Of a stretch of 64,000 nt of DNA, positions 18,189 to 27,780 are shown piece after piece (position 1 is the first letter of the stretch; every line of letters begins with the position of its first letter). The translations under genes and the position numbers were made by a program. The notes under the pieces are model-generated. The model made no database searches. It was given only the letters and a program-made list of their open reading frames with translations, and was not told the origin of the DNA. Origin of the DNA: Candidatus Pelearchaeum maunauluense. Lineage in GTDB: Archaea; Thermoproteota; Nitrososphaeria_A; Caldarchaeales; Caldarchaeaceae. Location of the stretch: NCBI GenBank assembly GCA_030059675.1, contig JANVYQ010000001.1:216753-280752 (forward strand). Direction: 5' to 3'.

Positions 18189-19151
18189 TTGGCTGCCAAA
18201 CTAATGGCACGCGGAATCTACTCAACCGCCCTAGTCAACCTAGCTTTAAAAGACGGGAAGTTTGAGCTCGTCCAACCCACAGAGTCTCAGAAAAGACGCT
18301 TCAACATCCAGGCAGTCGAAGACGAGCCAGACATAACAATCAACGACGCAAACGATAGGCACGCCGTCAAGATAGCAGGCCGTGAGGATGAGGTTAGAGA
18401 GTTCATAAGTCTTCTAAGAGCTTATGACGATAGCTCGGCAATATGGTGGAAGACCACAGGCAGCACAGCGTTATGCGTGGTTTCGTTCTCTCTAGATTCT
18501 AAGGTGAAGCTTGACAAGCTAAGGAGTGAGGTTACATATACTGTTCCCTGGCACCATTACTGTAGGTCTGGTAGTGAGGGGCTGTCTCTTATGGTTTCTA
18601 TGGCTGAGAGGTTGGTTGAGGAGGGGCTGGCTGGACCAGAGCAGGTAAATCAAGTTTTCCAGGAGGAAATTAACCGCCTCACGCCCCGCGTAGGCACGCG
18701 CATACACATAACACACACCAAACTAAATGGCAGGCTAATATCCCTCTCCCCAGGCAAGGTGATATGGCGACGCAGCGGCGACCTAAAGATAACCCGCACA
18801 ATAATGAGCAGTGGACTATACGATGGCCTCAGAGTACCTAGAACGCTGGGAGACACAGCCGTCATGTACATCAAGAGAGGCCAGCCATACACGACAACAA
18901 AATACTACAGCCAAGACGGAACGCTCAAAGGAGAATACTACAACATATGCACACCCGTTGAAGTATTTGATAGCTACATACGTTATATAGACCTTGGGGT
19001 TGATGTTGTACGCCGCCCAAATAGCGAGCCTGAGATTATAGATGCGGAGGAGCTGGAGGAGGCGTTGGCTAGGGGCGTAATCTCTGAGAGGATTTACCGC
19101 GAGGCCATGGATATTGCCAAGAAGCTCTATGATTCGCTCTGCGGCTCATAG
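18189..19151 (+). CDS. probable ribonuclease FAU-1 (RNase E/G-like RNA-binding protein)
   Basis: The N-terminus MAAKLMARGIYSTALVNLALKDGKFELVQPTESQKRRF matches the conserved FAU-1 start (RGIYATALTKLL..G..IVQPS). The ORF is shorter than typical FAU-1 and its 3' end overlaps tmk. Confidence 0.5.
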   Translation: MAAKLMARGIYSTALVNLALKDGKFELVQPTESQKRRFNIQAVEDEPDITINDANDRHAVKIAGREDEVREFISLLRAYDDSSAIWWKTTGSTALCVVSFSLDSKVKLDKLRSEVTYTVPWHHYCRSGSEGLSLMVSMAERLVEEGLAGPEQVNQVFQEEINRLTPRVGTRIHITHTKLNGRLISLSPGKVIWRRSGDLKITRTIMSSGLYDGLRVPRTLGDTAVMYIKRGQPYTTTKYYSQDGTLKGEYYNICTPVEVFDSYIRYIDLGVDVVRRPNSEPEIIDAEELEEALARGVISERIYREAMDIAKKLYDSLCGS

Positions 19152-19770
19152 CGTGTTGGTGGTGTTTTTGGCTGGTGTCTTAATAGCTGTTGAGGGAATT
19201 GATGGGGCAGGCAAAACCACGCAAGCAAAGCGTCTAGTTCGTCTTCTTAATAGGATGGGAGTTAGGGCGGTCTATACGCGCGAGCCTACAGGCGGCAGCA
19301 TAGGCAAGCTAGTGAGACGCCATCTATCTGGTAGGAAAACATACTCAGAAGAGACCGTAACGCTGCTCTTTGCAGCAGATAGGCTAGACCACATACAGCG
19401 CTTCATAGAGCCACAGCTAAAACGTGGAATAACAATAGTGGCAGACCGCTACGTTCATTCATCAATAGCATATCAAGCAGCAGCCACAGGTATGCGCGAG
19501 TGGGTGATTTCCGTAAATAGCCTCGCGCGGCGGCCTGACATTTCTATATTTGTTGACGTGAATCCTAGGGAGGCGCTGGAGAGATTGAGTAGTAGAAGGA
19601 AGTATGTTTATGAGCGTTTGGAGTTTCTGGAAAGGGTGAGGAGCGAATATATTCGTCTCGTAGAGAGTGGTGAGATGATAGTGGTTGATGGTTCGGGAAC
19701 ACGCGGAGAGGTGGCTCAACGTATATCAACGGTTGTTGAGCCTCTTCTAAGAGAGCGGGGCTTGATATGA
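19114..19770 (+). CDS. tmk: thymidylate kinase
   Basis: P-loop IAVEGIDGAGKTTQ plus a DRY-like motif region. The true start is probably downstream of 19114. Confidence 0.8.
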   Translation: MPRSSMIRSAAHSVLVVFLAGVLIAVEGIDGAGKTTQAKRLVRLLNRMGVRAVYTREPTGGSIGKLVRRHLSGRKTYSEETVTLLFAADRLDHIQRFIEPQLKRGITIVADRYVHSSIAYQAAATGMREWVISVNSLARRPDISIFVDVNPREALERLSSRRKYVYERLEFLERVRSEYIRLVESGEMIVVDGSGTRGEVAQRISTVVEPLLRERGLI

Positions 19771-20960
19771 AGGTCAAGCTCATCAAAGACCCCATACACG
19801 GCTACATAGAGCTTAATGAGCATGAGGTAAGGATTATAGACACAGCCGCGTTTCAGCGTCTTAGGAGGATAATACAGCTACCCCTGGCGTATCTAGTCTA
19901 TCCTGGGGCTAGACACTCAAGATTTGACCACTCGCTAGGTAGTTTTCACCTAGCCAAAGAGTTTGCCACACATCTGGGGCTCGAAGAGTATAGACGCCGC
20001 GTCCTAACAGTTGCGGCTCTCTTACACGACATAGGCCACACACCGTACTCACATCTCTTGGAGGCAATTCTGTTAGAGAATAGCATGACCCACGAGGATA
20101 TGAGCATACGGTTAATTAAAGAAGAGACAGAGTTGGCCTCCGCTATTGAGAGCTACGACATAAGAATACGTGATGTTGTTGATGTTTTGGAGAAACGGCT
20201 CCCAGAGAGCGCTGTAATAATAGGCCCCATGGATGTGGATAAGATGGATTTTCTGGTTCGCGATTCTTACTTTACTGGAGCCATGTACGGGATGATTGAT
20301 ACTCGCAGGATTATTCGCCTGAGCGCTTTTGTTGAGGGTAGGCTTGCGGTCAATATAAGGGGGCTTGGGGCTATTGAGGAGATGGCCATAGCGCGTCTTC
20401 AGTCATTTCTCAACATCTATTTCCACCACGCAACACGCGGAGCGCAGCAGCTACTACTTAACGCAGCACGCCAACTATCTGAAGAGCTAGACTTCCCAAG
20501 AATGACGGTAGAGGAGTATCTGGAACACGACGATATATCGGTGTGGTCTCTTCTCAAAAGAAACGAAAAGACACGCGGAGTTATAAAACGGCTTGAGCGC
20601 CGTATCTTACCCAAACGGGTTTATGAGACCCGCCTCATAGGTGGTAAAACTCCCGCCAGGCTATTGAGCGATAAGGAGCTTCAACATAGCATCGCTACTT
20701 CCATAGCGTCGCGCGCTGGCCTACGACGCGAGCTTGTATGGATAGACACTCCCTACGTCCCGCCTCTGCCGATGGAGGAACCTTCAGCAGTCATCTTCTT
20801 CTCTGAAGATGATGGAGAACGCCGTATAGTTAATGTATCATCACCATTCCTCCAGCAGGTATCAGAGATTTACAATATAGTCCGCGTATATACGGATTCT
20901 CATGAGAGGGAGAAAGTAGCGCGAGCTGCTGCGGAGATTTTCGGCCAGCCCCAGCTCTAG
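19767..20960 (+). CDS. HD-domain phosphohydrolase (dNTP triphosphohydrolase-like)
   Basis: RFDHSLGSFHLA ... LLHDIGHTPYSH are HD motifs. 397 aa. Confidence 0.7.
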   Translation: MKVKLIKDPIHGYIELNEHEVRIIDTAAFQRLRRIIQLPLAYLVYPGARHSRFDHSLGSFHLAKEFATHLGLEEYRRRVLTVAALLHDIGHTPYSHLLEAILLENSMTHEDMSIRLIKEETELASAIESYDIRIRDVVDVLEKRLPESAVIIGPMDVDKMDFLVRDSYFTGAMYGMIDTRRIIRLSAFVEGRLAVNIRGLGAIEEMAIARLQSFLNIYFHHATRGAQQLLLNAARQLSEELDFPRMTVEEYLEHDDISVWSLLKRNEKTRGVIKRLERRILPKRVYETRLIGGKTPARLLSDKELQHSIATSIASRAGLRRELVWIDTPYVPPLPMEEPSAVIFFSEDDGERRIVNVSSPFLQQVSEIYNIVRVYTDSHEREKVARAAAEIFGQPQL

Positions 20961-21373
20961 TCATGAGACTCTCCAAACCCCTCTTCCACATCAAGCTTCT
21001 TCCCAAGATAACCATATATCGCAGCCTTGAGGGCTTTTAACGAGAGGAGAGCACACTTAACACGCGCAGGCCCCACCTCAACCCCCAGCATGTTAAAAAT
21101 ATCCTGCTTACCCAGCCGCGTTATCTCATCAACATGCTTATTCTGAATACTCTCTATAAGCATGGATGCGGAAGCCTGGCTTATAGCGCAGCCCTGGCCT
21201 CGGAAAGTAGCCTTCTCAATCCTACCATCCTCACCAATCTTCAGATAAACCTCAATCATATCACCGCATAGTGGGTTGGAGTCCTTAACCTTCACAGTAG
21301 CGTTTTCAAGAACGCCGAAATTACGCGGATTCCGATAATGGTCCAAGATTATCTCAAACTGAATATCAGACAA
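20957..21373 (-). CDS. Fe-S cluster scaffold, NifU/IscU N-terminal-domain family
   Basis: Conserved cysteines in CGDMIEV...GQGCAISQASASML. 138 aa. Confidence 0.7.
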   Translation of the reverse strand: MSDIQFEIILDHYRNPRNFGVLENATVKVKDSNPLCGDMIEVYLKIGEDGRIEKATFRGQGCAISQASASMLIESIQNKHVDEITRLGKQDIFNMLGVEVGPARVKCALLSLKALKAAIYGYLGKKLDVEEGFGESHD

Positions 21374-21464
21374 AATCTCCCCTCTACCTAGAGCGTTTCA
21401 TCCTAGGATATAACCATGTCTCGGATTAAAACTAGAATTGTAAAACAATTAATTATGTCAAGAA

Positions 21465-22124
21465 TCAGAGTTGCTGTAGTTCGGCCTTAACCTCCTCACC
21501 CTCTATTATTATTGACGCACAGTAGTTATTCCTTGCCGGGCCGGCGTTTATTACTGTTGTTTTCTCCAGCTTGGAGATTGAACGAGCCTCGTGTATGTGT
21601 CCGCATGATACTAGGATTGGCGCGGTTTTCTCCACATATTCGCGTATTGCCATGCTTCCTACGTGTCTTCCTCCTACGTGGTCTGCTTCCGCTCCATGTG
21701 GCGGTGTGTGGCTGAGGAGTATAAATCTACCGCTGGGCGGCTTTAATTCACTAAGCATAGAGCTGAACTGCTCCTCGTTAAACTCAATTATGGTACCTAC
21801 AGATTTAGGCCCTCCTCCGCCTAGGCCTACGATTCCCAGCTCGCCGAGCATGGCCGATTTGAGATGCAGGTTGGTTATCTTCTCCGTCGCGGGCTGCCAG
21901 TTGAGCAGCGCCTCTGGGTCGCAGTTACCCGCCACAAAGAAGACACGCGGACAGTGCTCGGCAATCTTTGATAATATCATCTCGGCCTGAGCTATCGTTC
22001 CGAAATTCGTTACATCACCCGCCACAAAAACTACATCATAACCCTCATCCGCCTTAGCTGCTATCTTCTCAACCGCCACCATGCTTCCATGTATGTCTGA
22101 GACTTGGAGAATTTTCACCGCCAT
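21465..22124 (-). CDS. calcineurin-like metallophosphoesterase
   Basis: N-terminus KILQVSDIHGS...VFVAGDVTNFG, with GNCD later (the GDxxD/GNHD/GNHE series). Confidence 0.7.
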   Translation of the reverse strand: MAVKILQVSDIHGSMVAVEKIAAKADEGYDVVFVAGDVTNFGTIAQAEMILSKIAEHCPRVFFVAGNCDPEALLNWQPATEKITNLHLKSAMLGELGIVGLGGGGPKSVGTIIEFNEEQFSSMLSELKPPSGRFILLSHTPPHGAEADHVGGRHVGSMAIREYVEKTAPILVSCGHIHEARSISKLEKTTVINAGPARNNYCASIIIEGEEVKAELQQL

Positions 22125-22181
22125 ACGACTATCTCAAAAAAGGAGGTAAAAATAAATCTTGACCCCCTCAACAGGGCCAGC

Positions 22182-22598
22182 TCAGGTTTTTTGTTGCCCA
22201 GACTCGTAGCCGACTAGCTTTAGTATCCAGTAAAGGAGGTCTCGCTCCGTTACCATGCCGACCAGCTTCCCCTCATCAACTACGGGTAGGCGTCTAATCC
22301 TATTCTCATGCATTATGATAAATGCTCTTAGTATGGGTGTGTCTGGAGGGCATGTTATGAGCTTCTTGGACATTATTCGGGAGACCGGCTGGTCTGGGAG
22401 GTTTTCGTATAAGACAATACCACTTAGTATGTCGCGTTCCGTGATTATTCCTACTGGCTCATCACCACTGACAACGACTACCGCTCCGATATTCTTTTTA
22501 TGCATTGTGAGTAAAGCGTCGCGCACAGTTGTATCAGAGTTTACAGTAATCACTGGAGAAGACATTATTTCGCCAATATTCTTAGGTATTTCTTTCAT
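22182..22598 (-). CDS. CBS-domain pair protein
   Basis: Two CBS repeats (IMSSPVITV..., IRRLPVVDEGKLVGMVTERDLL). Confidence 0.65.
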   Translation of the reverse strand: MKEIPKNIGEIMSSPVITVNSDTTVRDALLTMHKKNIGAVVVVSGDEPVGIITERDILSGIVLYENLPDQPVSRIMSKKLITCPPDTPILRAFIIMHENRIRRLPVVDEGKLVGMVTERDLLYWILKLVGYESGQQKT

Positions 22599-22665
22599 TA
22601 TATCATGATTCTGGGATTATGCTGGATATATAATTATTACCCTACAATCTTTACAAGCAGGAGTA

Positions 22666-23637
22666 TTATCTTAGCAGGCGTAGAAATACTTTAAGCCTGC
22701 TTAGTGTTTTGTCTATACGTATCTCGTCTGCTATTTTTGTGATGCGCTCAATATCCTCTCCAGCTAGTTTGAACTCTCCTGCTCCCGCGTTATCACGTGC
22801 TTGTTGGGGGTTTTTTACACCAGCTATTGCCACTACTTCAGGCTTTTTGATGAGCCAGTTAAGTGCCACTTGTGCTGGGGTTCTCTCATACTTATCAGCT
22901 ATTTCTCGGAGCATCGTAATCAGAGATTGGAGCTTTGTAATGTTATTTTTGTCAAACAAGATGTTGATTTTTCTTACCGCGTCGCGCGGTAGATTGTTAG
23001 GGTCGTATTTTCCCGTGAGAAGCCCCTGAGCCAGTGGGCTGTATGCTATTATCGTTATCTTCTCACGCTCAGCATAAGGCAGCAACTCCCGCTCAACATC
23101 ACGCTCAACTATATTGTATTTAACTTGGTTTGAAACTACCTGCTCGCTCTTCAGAGCCTCCTGCGCTTTTATCAACTGTTTTAGCGAGAAATTACTAACA
23201 CCTATGTAGCTTATCTTCCCCTCCCTGACCAGCCTCTCCATAGCACGCATAGTCTGGCCTATCGGCACTATTGGGTTAGGCCAGTGAACCTGGTATAGGT
23301 CTATCATCTTTATTCTAAGTCTCTTGAGACTCCTTTCACATGCTTTGATTACGCCATTATAGGTTGCGTGTGTTGGCCAGACTTTTGTAGCTATAACTAC
23401 TTGTTCGCGTATATTTCGGATTGCTTTCCCCACTACTTGTTCTGATATTCCCTTCCCATAGATTTCTGCCGTGTCTATGAAATTTACACCATGCGCTACT
23501 GCTTCTTTAATCGCCGTTATAGCTTCCTCCTCTCCGTAGCCTCGTCCCCATCCCCACCACTTATCGCCGAACTGCCATGTTCCTACACCAATCTGGGAGA
23601 TGCGTAATCCTGTGGTGCCGAGCTGTGAGTATAGCAT
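22666..23637 (-). CDS. aldo/keto reductase
   Basis: LGTTGLRISQIGVGTW...FIDTAEIYG... is a typical AKR N-terminus. 323 aa. Confidence 0.8.
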   Translation of the reverse strand: MLYSQLGTTGLRISQIGVGTWQFGDKWWGWGRGYGEEEAITAIKEAVAHGVNFIDTAEIYGKGISEQVVGKAIRNIREQVVIATKVWPTHATYNGVIKACERSLKRLRIKMIDLYQVHWPNPIVPIGQTMRAMERLVREGKISYIGVSNFSLKQLIKAQEALKSEQVVSNQVKYNIVERDVERELLPYAEREKITIIAYSPLAQGLLTGKYDPNNLPRDAVRKINILFDKNNITKLQSLITMLREIADKYERTPAQVALNWLIKKPEVVAIAGVKNPQQARDNAGAGEFKLAGEDIERITKIADEIRIDKTLSRLKVFLRLLR

Positions 23638-23712
23638 AGCTTGTTCTTCAGCATAGTAGACGCATATTAATTCTATGCGGTTTGAGTTTCAGAAAAATAA
23701 TATAGGGGTTTA

Positions 23713-24096
23713 TTATGCTTTCCATGTTATTGCCAATATTCCTCCTATGATTCCGAGTATTGCTCCGATTATGAATCCTCCGCCTGCGGTGATTAGGCTT
23801 AGTGCTGAGAGGACTAGTATTAGGGTGCCCCAGGTCTGGGCTTGGTCTGGCTTACTATTGAGCATCACCGCTCCCACTAGTATGAGTATTCCGAAGACCA
23901 GTCCAAGTATCGGGAGGAATATGGGGAACCACATCCATCCTCCACCTATCATACCCATCATGCCGCCGCCCATCATACCTATAGGCTGTCCAAACATGCC
24001 CCACATAGCGAAGGTGAATGAACTGCCTATGAGTATGAGGAGTCCTCCCGTTAGGGAGAGAGCAAATGCTGCCGTTGGTTTATTCTCACTACTCAA
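23713..24096 (-). CDS. Met/Gly-rich polytopic membrane protein
   Basis: 127 aa with 3-4 TM helices and a GQPIGMMGGGMMGMIGGGWMW stretch. Confidence 0.45.
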   Translation of the reverse strand: MSSENKPTAAFALSLTGGLLILIGSSFTFAMWGMFGQPIGMMGGGMMGMIGGGWMWFPIFLPILGLVFGILILVGAVMLNSKPDQAQTWGTLILVLSALSLITAGGGFIIGAILGIIGGILAITWKA

Positions 24097-24134
24097 TCAC
24101 GATCGCCTCACTAAAATAATGAAAGTGTTGTTAA

Positions 24135-24881
24135 TTAATACTCTTCTTCTGGCTCAACTTCTTGTATGAATTGACCATGCCATGTGTGCGGCCATACAGC
24201 GCCGTTATAGCCGTTGACGCTTAACATCCCATACATCTCGCCATCTAGCATGTAGTCTATCGTGTAGTAGCCGTAGAACATTATCGGCTCCTCCACCTCA
24301 ACTTCCTGGCCGAGGCGCTGCTCTAAGTAGGTGAGAGCTATCTGGACGGCTTCCTCTGGAGAAACACTCATCTCACCAGACGGAGCGGATGACGGCCACA
24401 TACTTTGGTGATGACCATACTTAGTATTCCACATCATGTTAGGGCCTGGTTCTGGTGTTATGTATCCCGTGTATGGGTTTACTAGAACCTCAAACGCTCC
24501 TATGCCAGTGTCGCGCTCGTAGATTACTGCATAGAAGTTGTTGGTGAACTCCATTACTTCCAAGATTCCATAGTTATCGCCAAGCTCATCTATGTAGGCT
24601 TCAAGCCTTTGTATTACCTCGTCTATTGTGAGGCGTTGTCTTGTCTGTGTCTCGGAGCTCCACATGCCCCAGCCTCCCATCATTCCGCCCATGCCAGCCC
24701 CCGCATAGGGGCAGGCGCCGCCCATGCCGCCCATCCACCAGCTACGCTGGTCAGGGGAGACGCTTGAAGACCATCCATAAACACCCCAAGGTGAGGAAGC
24801 CCAAGCATAAGCAGCTAAAACACCCACTAGAACCGCAGCCAAGGCCGCTGCAAAGACAACAACAATAATCTTACCATCCAA
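24135..24881 (-). CDS. secreted Met-rich protein with a PepSY-like domain
   Basis: Signal/TM helix, then WWMGGMGGACPYAGAGMGGMMGGWGMW, then a PepSY-like region (...SPEEAVQIALTYLEQ...). Confidence 0.4.
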   Translation of the reverse strand: MDGKIIVVVFAAALAAVLVGVLAAYAWASSPWGVYGWSSSVSPDQRSWWMGGMGGACPYAGAGMGGMMGGWGMWSSETQTRQRLTIDEVIQRLEAYIDELGDNYGILEVMEFTNNFYAVIYERDTGIGAFEVLVNPYTGYITPEPGPNMMWNTKYGHHQSMWPSSAPSGEMSVSPEEAVQIALTYLEQRLGQEVEVEEPIMFYGYYTIDYMLDGEMYGMLSVNGYNGAVWPHTWHGQFIQEVEPEEEY

Positions 24882-25061
24882 CGACCTATCACCTCGTAGA
24901 TATATGATAATTAGGCAACTCTTAGAATTATTGTGAAACAGCTTTGAAACGACCTGATGAAACTGGTTTCATGCATCACCTATGAGTAGGTGCGTTTATA
25001 TGAGTAAGTTTTAGGAAGCATTTATTACGGTGATACTTGAGAAATCTATTGGAGCAGGGCT

Positions 25062-25511
25062 TTGGATTCTGGGCGGCTGCTAGGCTGGATTCTAGTAATC
25101 CTCTCAGCATTCCTGGCCGTGCTTACCGTAGCGGCTTGGAATCTAGCCTGGCAGCACAGAGACATGATGATGAGGATGATGCCAGGCGTACCTGTGCAGT
25201 GGTGGATAGGCCCCACAATCGTTCTTACAATAACCATAATGACCACAACATTAGCGCTCTATCTAACAGTATTCAGAGAACGGCAACCACGCCATTATGC
25301 CATAGGCCTTACCGCCGAGGAGCAGCAGATAGTTAATTTCCTAGAGCAACAGGGCGGTAAAGCTCTACAGAAGGAAATCGCGCGGGAGCTTAATCTCTCT
25401 AGGCTTAAAACCCATAGGCTAGTATCCTCTCTTAGAAGGCGTGGAGTGGTTGAGGTTGAGAGGTGGGGTAATACAAACCTGGTTAAGCTGGTCTCTAGGA
25501 CGGAGCAATAG
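25062..25511 (+). CDS. membrane-anchored winged-helix transcriptional regulator
   Basis: Two N-terminal TM helices separated by a Met-rich loop HRDMMMRMMPG. C-terminal wHTH LTAEEQQIVNFLEQQGGKALQKEIARELNLSRLKTHRLVSSLRRRGVVE. Confidence 0.5.
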   Translation: MDSGRLLGWILVILSAFLAVLTVAAWNLAWQHRDMMMRMMPGVPVQWWIGPTIVLTITIMTTTLALYLTVFRERQPRHYAIGLTAEEQQIVNFLEQQGGKALQKEIARELNLSRLKTHRLVSSLRRRGVVEVERWGNTNLVKLVSRTEQ

Positions 25512-26544
25512 CTAAAGAACGGAGAGACTCAGGCTTTTCAGACGGCTTATCATAACTAGGCGGCCATCGTGGTGGGTTTTTCCTATCCAGCTCAGCAAGC
25601 CTAGCCTCTATAGCCTCGCGCGACCGCTCAAGCCACGGTGGTAGAATAAGCCGCGAACCCAGTTCCTCAAGAGACTCATCACGCGTATATCCAGGCCCAC
25701 GTGTGGCAACCTCCAGCAAGTTTCCATCAGGGTCGCGGAAATATAATGACTTGAACCAGAAGCGGTCTATTATTCCCGAATTAGGTATGCGCGCCATGTT
25801 AAGCCTGCGCATTATCATACGCTGTTCCTCCTCACCATCAACGCAGAACGCTATATGGTGTATGTTTCCCACCCCTACCCAGCCATCGGTAGCCGAGCTG
25901 GAAACCAGATATATTAGATAATCTTCTTCATCACCTAAGCCTAAGAGAAGACTCTCACTATCGTCGGGATTTTGCATCTTGTATAGAGGTTTAACATTTA
26001 GAAACTTCTCAAAGAAACGCGCGGTAAGCTCGTGGTCGGAGCTTATAGGCGTTGCATGGTTAAGAAACGACAGCCTCATATCACTATTTACGCCATCAAC
26101 CTCCATCTGTGTAGAAATCAGCTCATCAAGATAATCCTCTGCAACACCTTCTTTCTCTGCTGTTATCTCAATTAAAGCTCCATCCGGGTCGCGGAAATAT
26201 ATTGAGACCCTATCGCCGCGTGCATATGGACCTATTACGTGGATACCGTTCTTCCTGAGCCAAGACACCCATAGTGGTATGGCCTCAGGCCTCTTTACCG
26301 AGTATGCGAGGTGGTGGGGAGAGCCTAAGCCCACTAAGCCTCGTGGAAGATGCGGCCACTCAAAGAACGTAATAACACTACCAGTAGAGCCTCGCTCATC
26401 ACCATAAAAGAGATGCCTATGAAAAACATCGTCCTGATTAACTGTGAGCTTAACAAGTCTAAGCCCAAGAACCTCTGAGTAGAACTTGCGATTAACAACA
26501 CTATTGCTAGTAACCAGTGTTATATGATGAAGCCCTCTCAGCAT
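25495..26544 (-). CDS. two-domain VOC-family protein (glyoxalase/extradiol dioxygenase-like)
   Basis: 349 aa with two glyoxalase-like modules (HHITLVTSN..., HHIAFCVDGEEE...). Confidence 0.6.
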   Translation of the reverse strand: MLRGLHHITLVTSNSVVNRKFYSEVLGLRLVKLTVNQDDVFHRHLFYGDERGSTGSVITFFEWPHLPRGLVGLGSPHHLAYSVKRPEAIPLWVSWLRKNGIHVIGPYARGDRVSIYFRDPDGALIEITAEKEGVAEDYLDELISTQMEVDGVNSDMRLSFLNHATPISSDHELTARFFEKFLNVKPLYKMQNPDDSESLLLGLGDEEDYLIYLVSSSATDGWVGVGNIHHIAFCVDGEEEQRMIMRRLNMARIPNSGIIDRFWFKSLYFRDPDGNLLEVATRGPGYTRDESLEELGSRLILPPWLERSREAIEARLAELDRKNPPRWPPSYDKPSEKPESLRSLAIAPS

Positions 26545-26698
26545 AGCTGGTTATCACGATACTGTCAATTGACTAAAATAGATAGGTCATTTACGCACTC
26601 GTTTGTTCCTTCATCTTAAATCTTCATTTATAGATGGTTGGTTGCTTAAGATTCATTACAGGAGGCTTAATATGCCGTAATTTCACCATAACTGTTGT

Positions 26699-27601
26699 AT
26701 GGTTGTTGTTGGGTTTATCGGTCTAGGTCTGATGGGTAAGCCGATGGCGAAGCGCATATTATCCGCAGGCTATAGGATGGTCGTCCATAGCAGAAGCAGC
26801 CCACCCGTTGAGGAACTGGCAAACCTAGGCGCGGAGAAAGCCTCATCACCAAAGGAAGTGGCAGAGAAGGCCGAGATAATAATTATGATGCTCCCAGACT
26901 CCCCTGATGTCAGGAAAGTCGTGTTAGGCGAGAACGGTATAGCTGAGGGAGCGAGCCCTGGAAGCATAGTAATTGATATGTCCACCGTCTCGCCCATCGT
27001 TGAGGTGGAGATAGCGGAAGAGCTGCGGAAGAAGGGGGTGGAATACCTTGACGCTCCAGTAACAGGGAGCACCATGGGAGCCGAGTCAGGAACTCTCACA
27101 ATAATGGTCGGAGGCAGTAAAGAAGCGTTTGAACGCGCTCTACCAGTACTAAAGACCATGGGGAAGAACATAGTCCATATGGGAGGGAACGGCATGGGCC
27201 AGATGACGAAAATGTGCAATCAGGTAGCCGTGTCGCTTAACCTTCTGGGAACCTGCGAAGCCATACTTCTAGCTTCCAAAGCAGGACTAGACCCCAAGAA
27301 AGTTATTGAGGTCATAGGCTCAGGTGCTGCTGGCTCATGGCAGCTCAACAATCTTGGCCCACGCATGGTAGACCGCGACTTCAGGCCAGGTTTCAAGGTA
27401 GAGCATCTAGTAAAGGACCTCCGCATAGTGAGAGAGGTAACATCGCGGCTTAACCTGCCCCTTCTAGGCGTTAACATGGTGGCAGAGCTCGTGAAGGCAT
27501 TAGAGCAGCACGGCTACGGCTCTGAGGGGACACAAGCACTCATAACAGTCTTAGAAAAACTAGCAACACACCAAGTAGGCTCAAGTAGCCGTACAAAATA
27601 A
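26699..27601 (+). CDS. NAD(P)-dependent 3-hydroxyisobutyrate/6-phosphogluconate dehydrogenase-family oxidoreductase
   Basis: Rossmann motif VGFIGLGLMGKPMAK and an HIBADH-like C-terminal helical domain. Confidence 0.75.
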   Translation: MVVVGFIGLGLMGKPMAKRILSAGYRMVVHSRSSPPVEELANLGAEKASSPKEVAEKAEIIIMMLPDSPDVRKVVLGENGIAEGASPGSIVIDMSTVSPIVEVEIAEELRKKGVEYLDAPVTGSTMGAESGTLTIMVGGSKEAFERALPVLKTMGKNIVHMGGNGMGQMTKMCNQVAVSLNLLGTCEAILLASKAGLDPKKVIEVIGSGAAGSWQLNNLGPRMVDRDFRPGFKVEHLVKDLRIVREVTSRLNLPLLGVNMVAELVKALEQHGYGSEGTQALITVLEKLATHQVGSSSRTK

Positions 27602-27780
27602 AAATCTCGTCAAGAAGATACTCAACTGAGTAATTTCTACATCACTATAAGTGAGGGTATATGAAAAGGGAATGTCAAAACGCTTAAACATCACGTAGGT
27701 GTCTTAGCATGTTGAAACGCGGTAGGCGAGGTTCTACTTCCAAAAATTTTTATAGGATTTAAAAATGAGGCTACCCCGCT

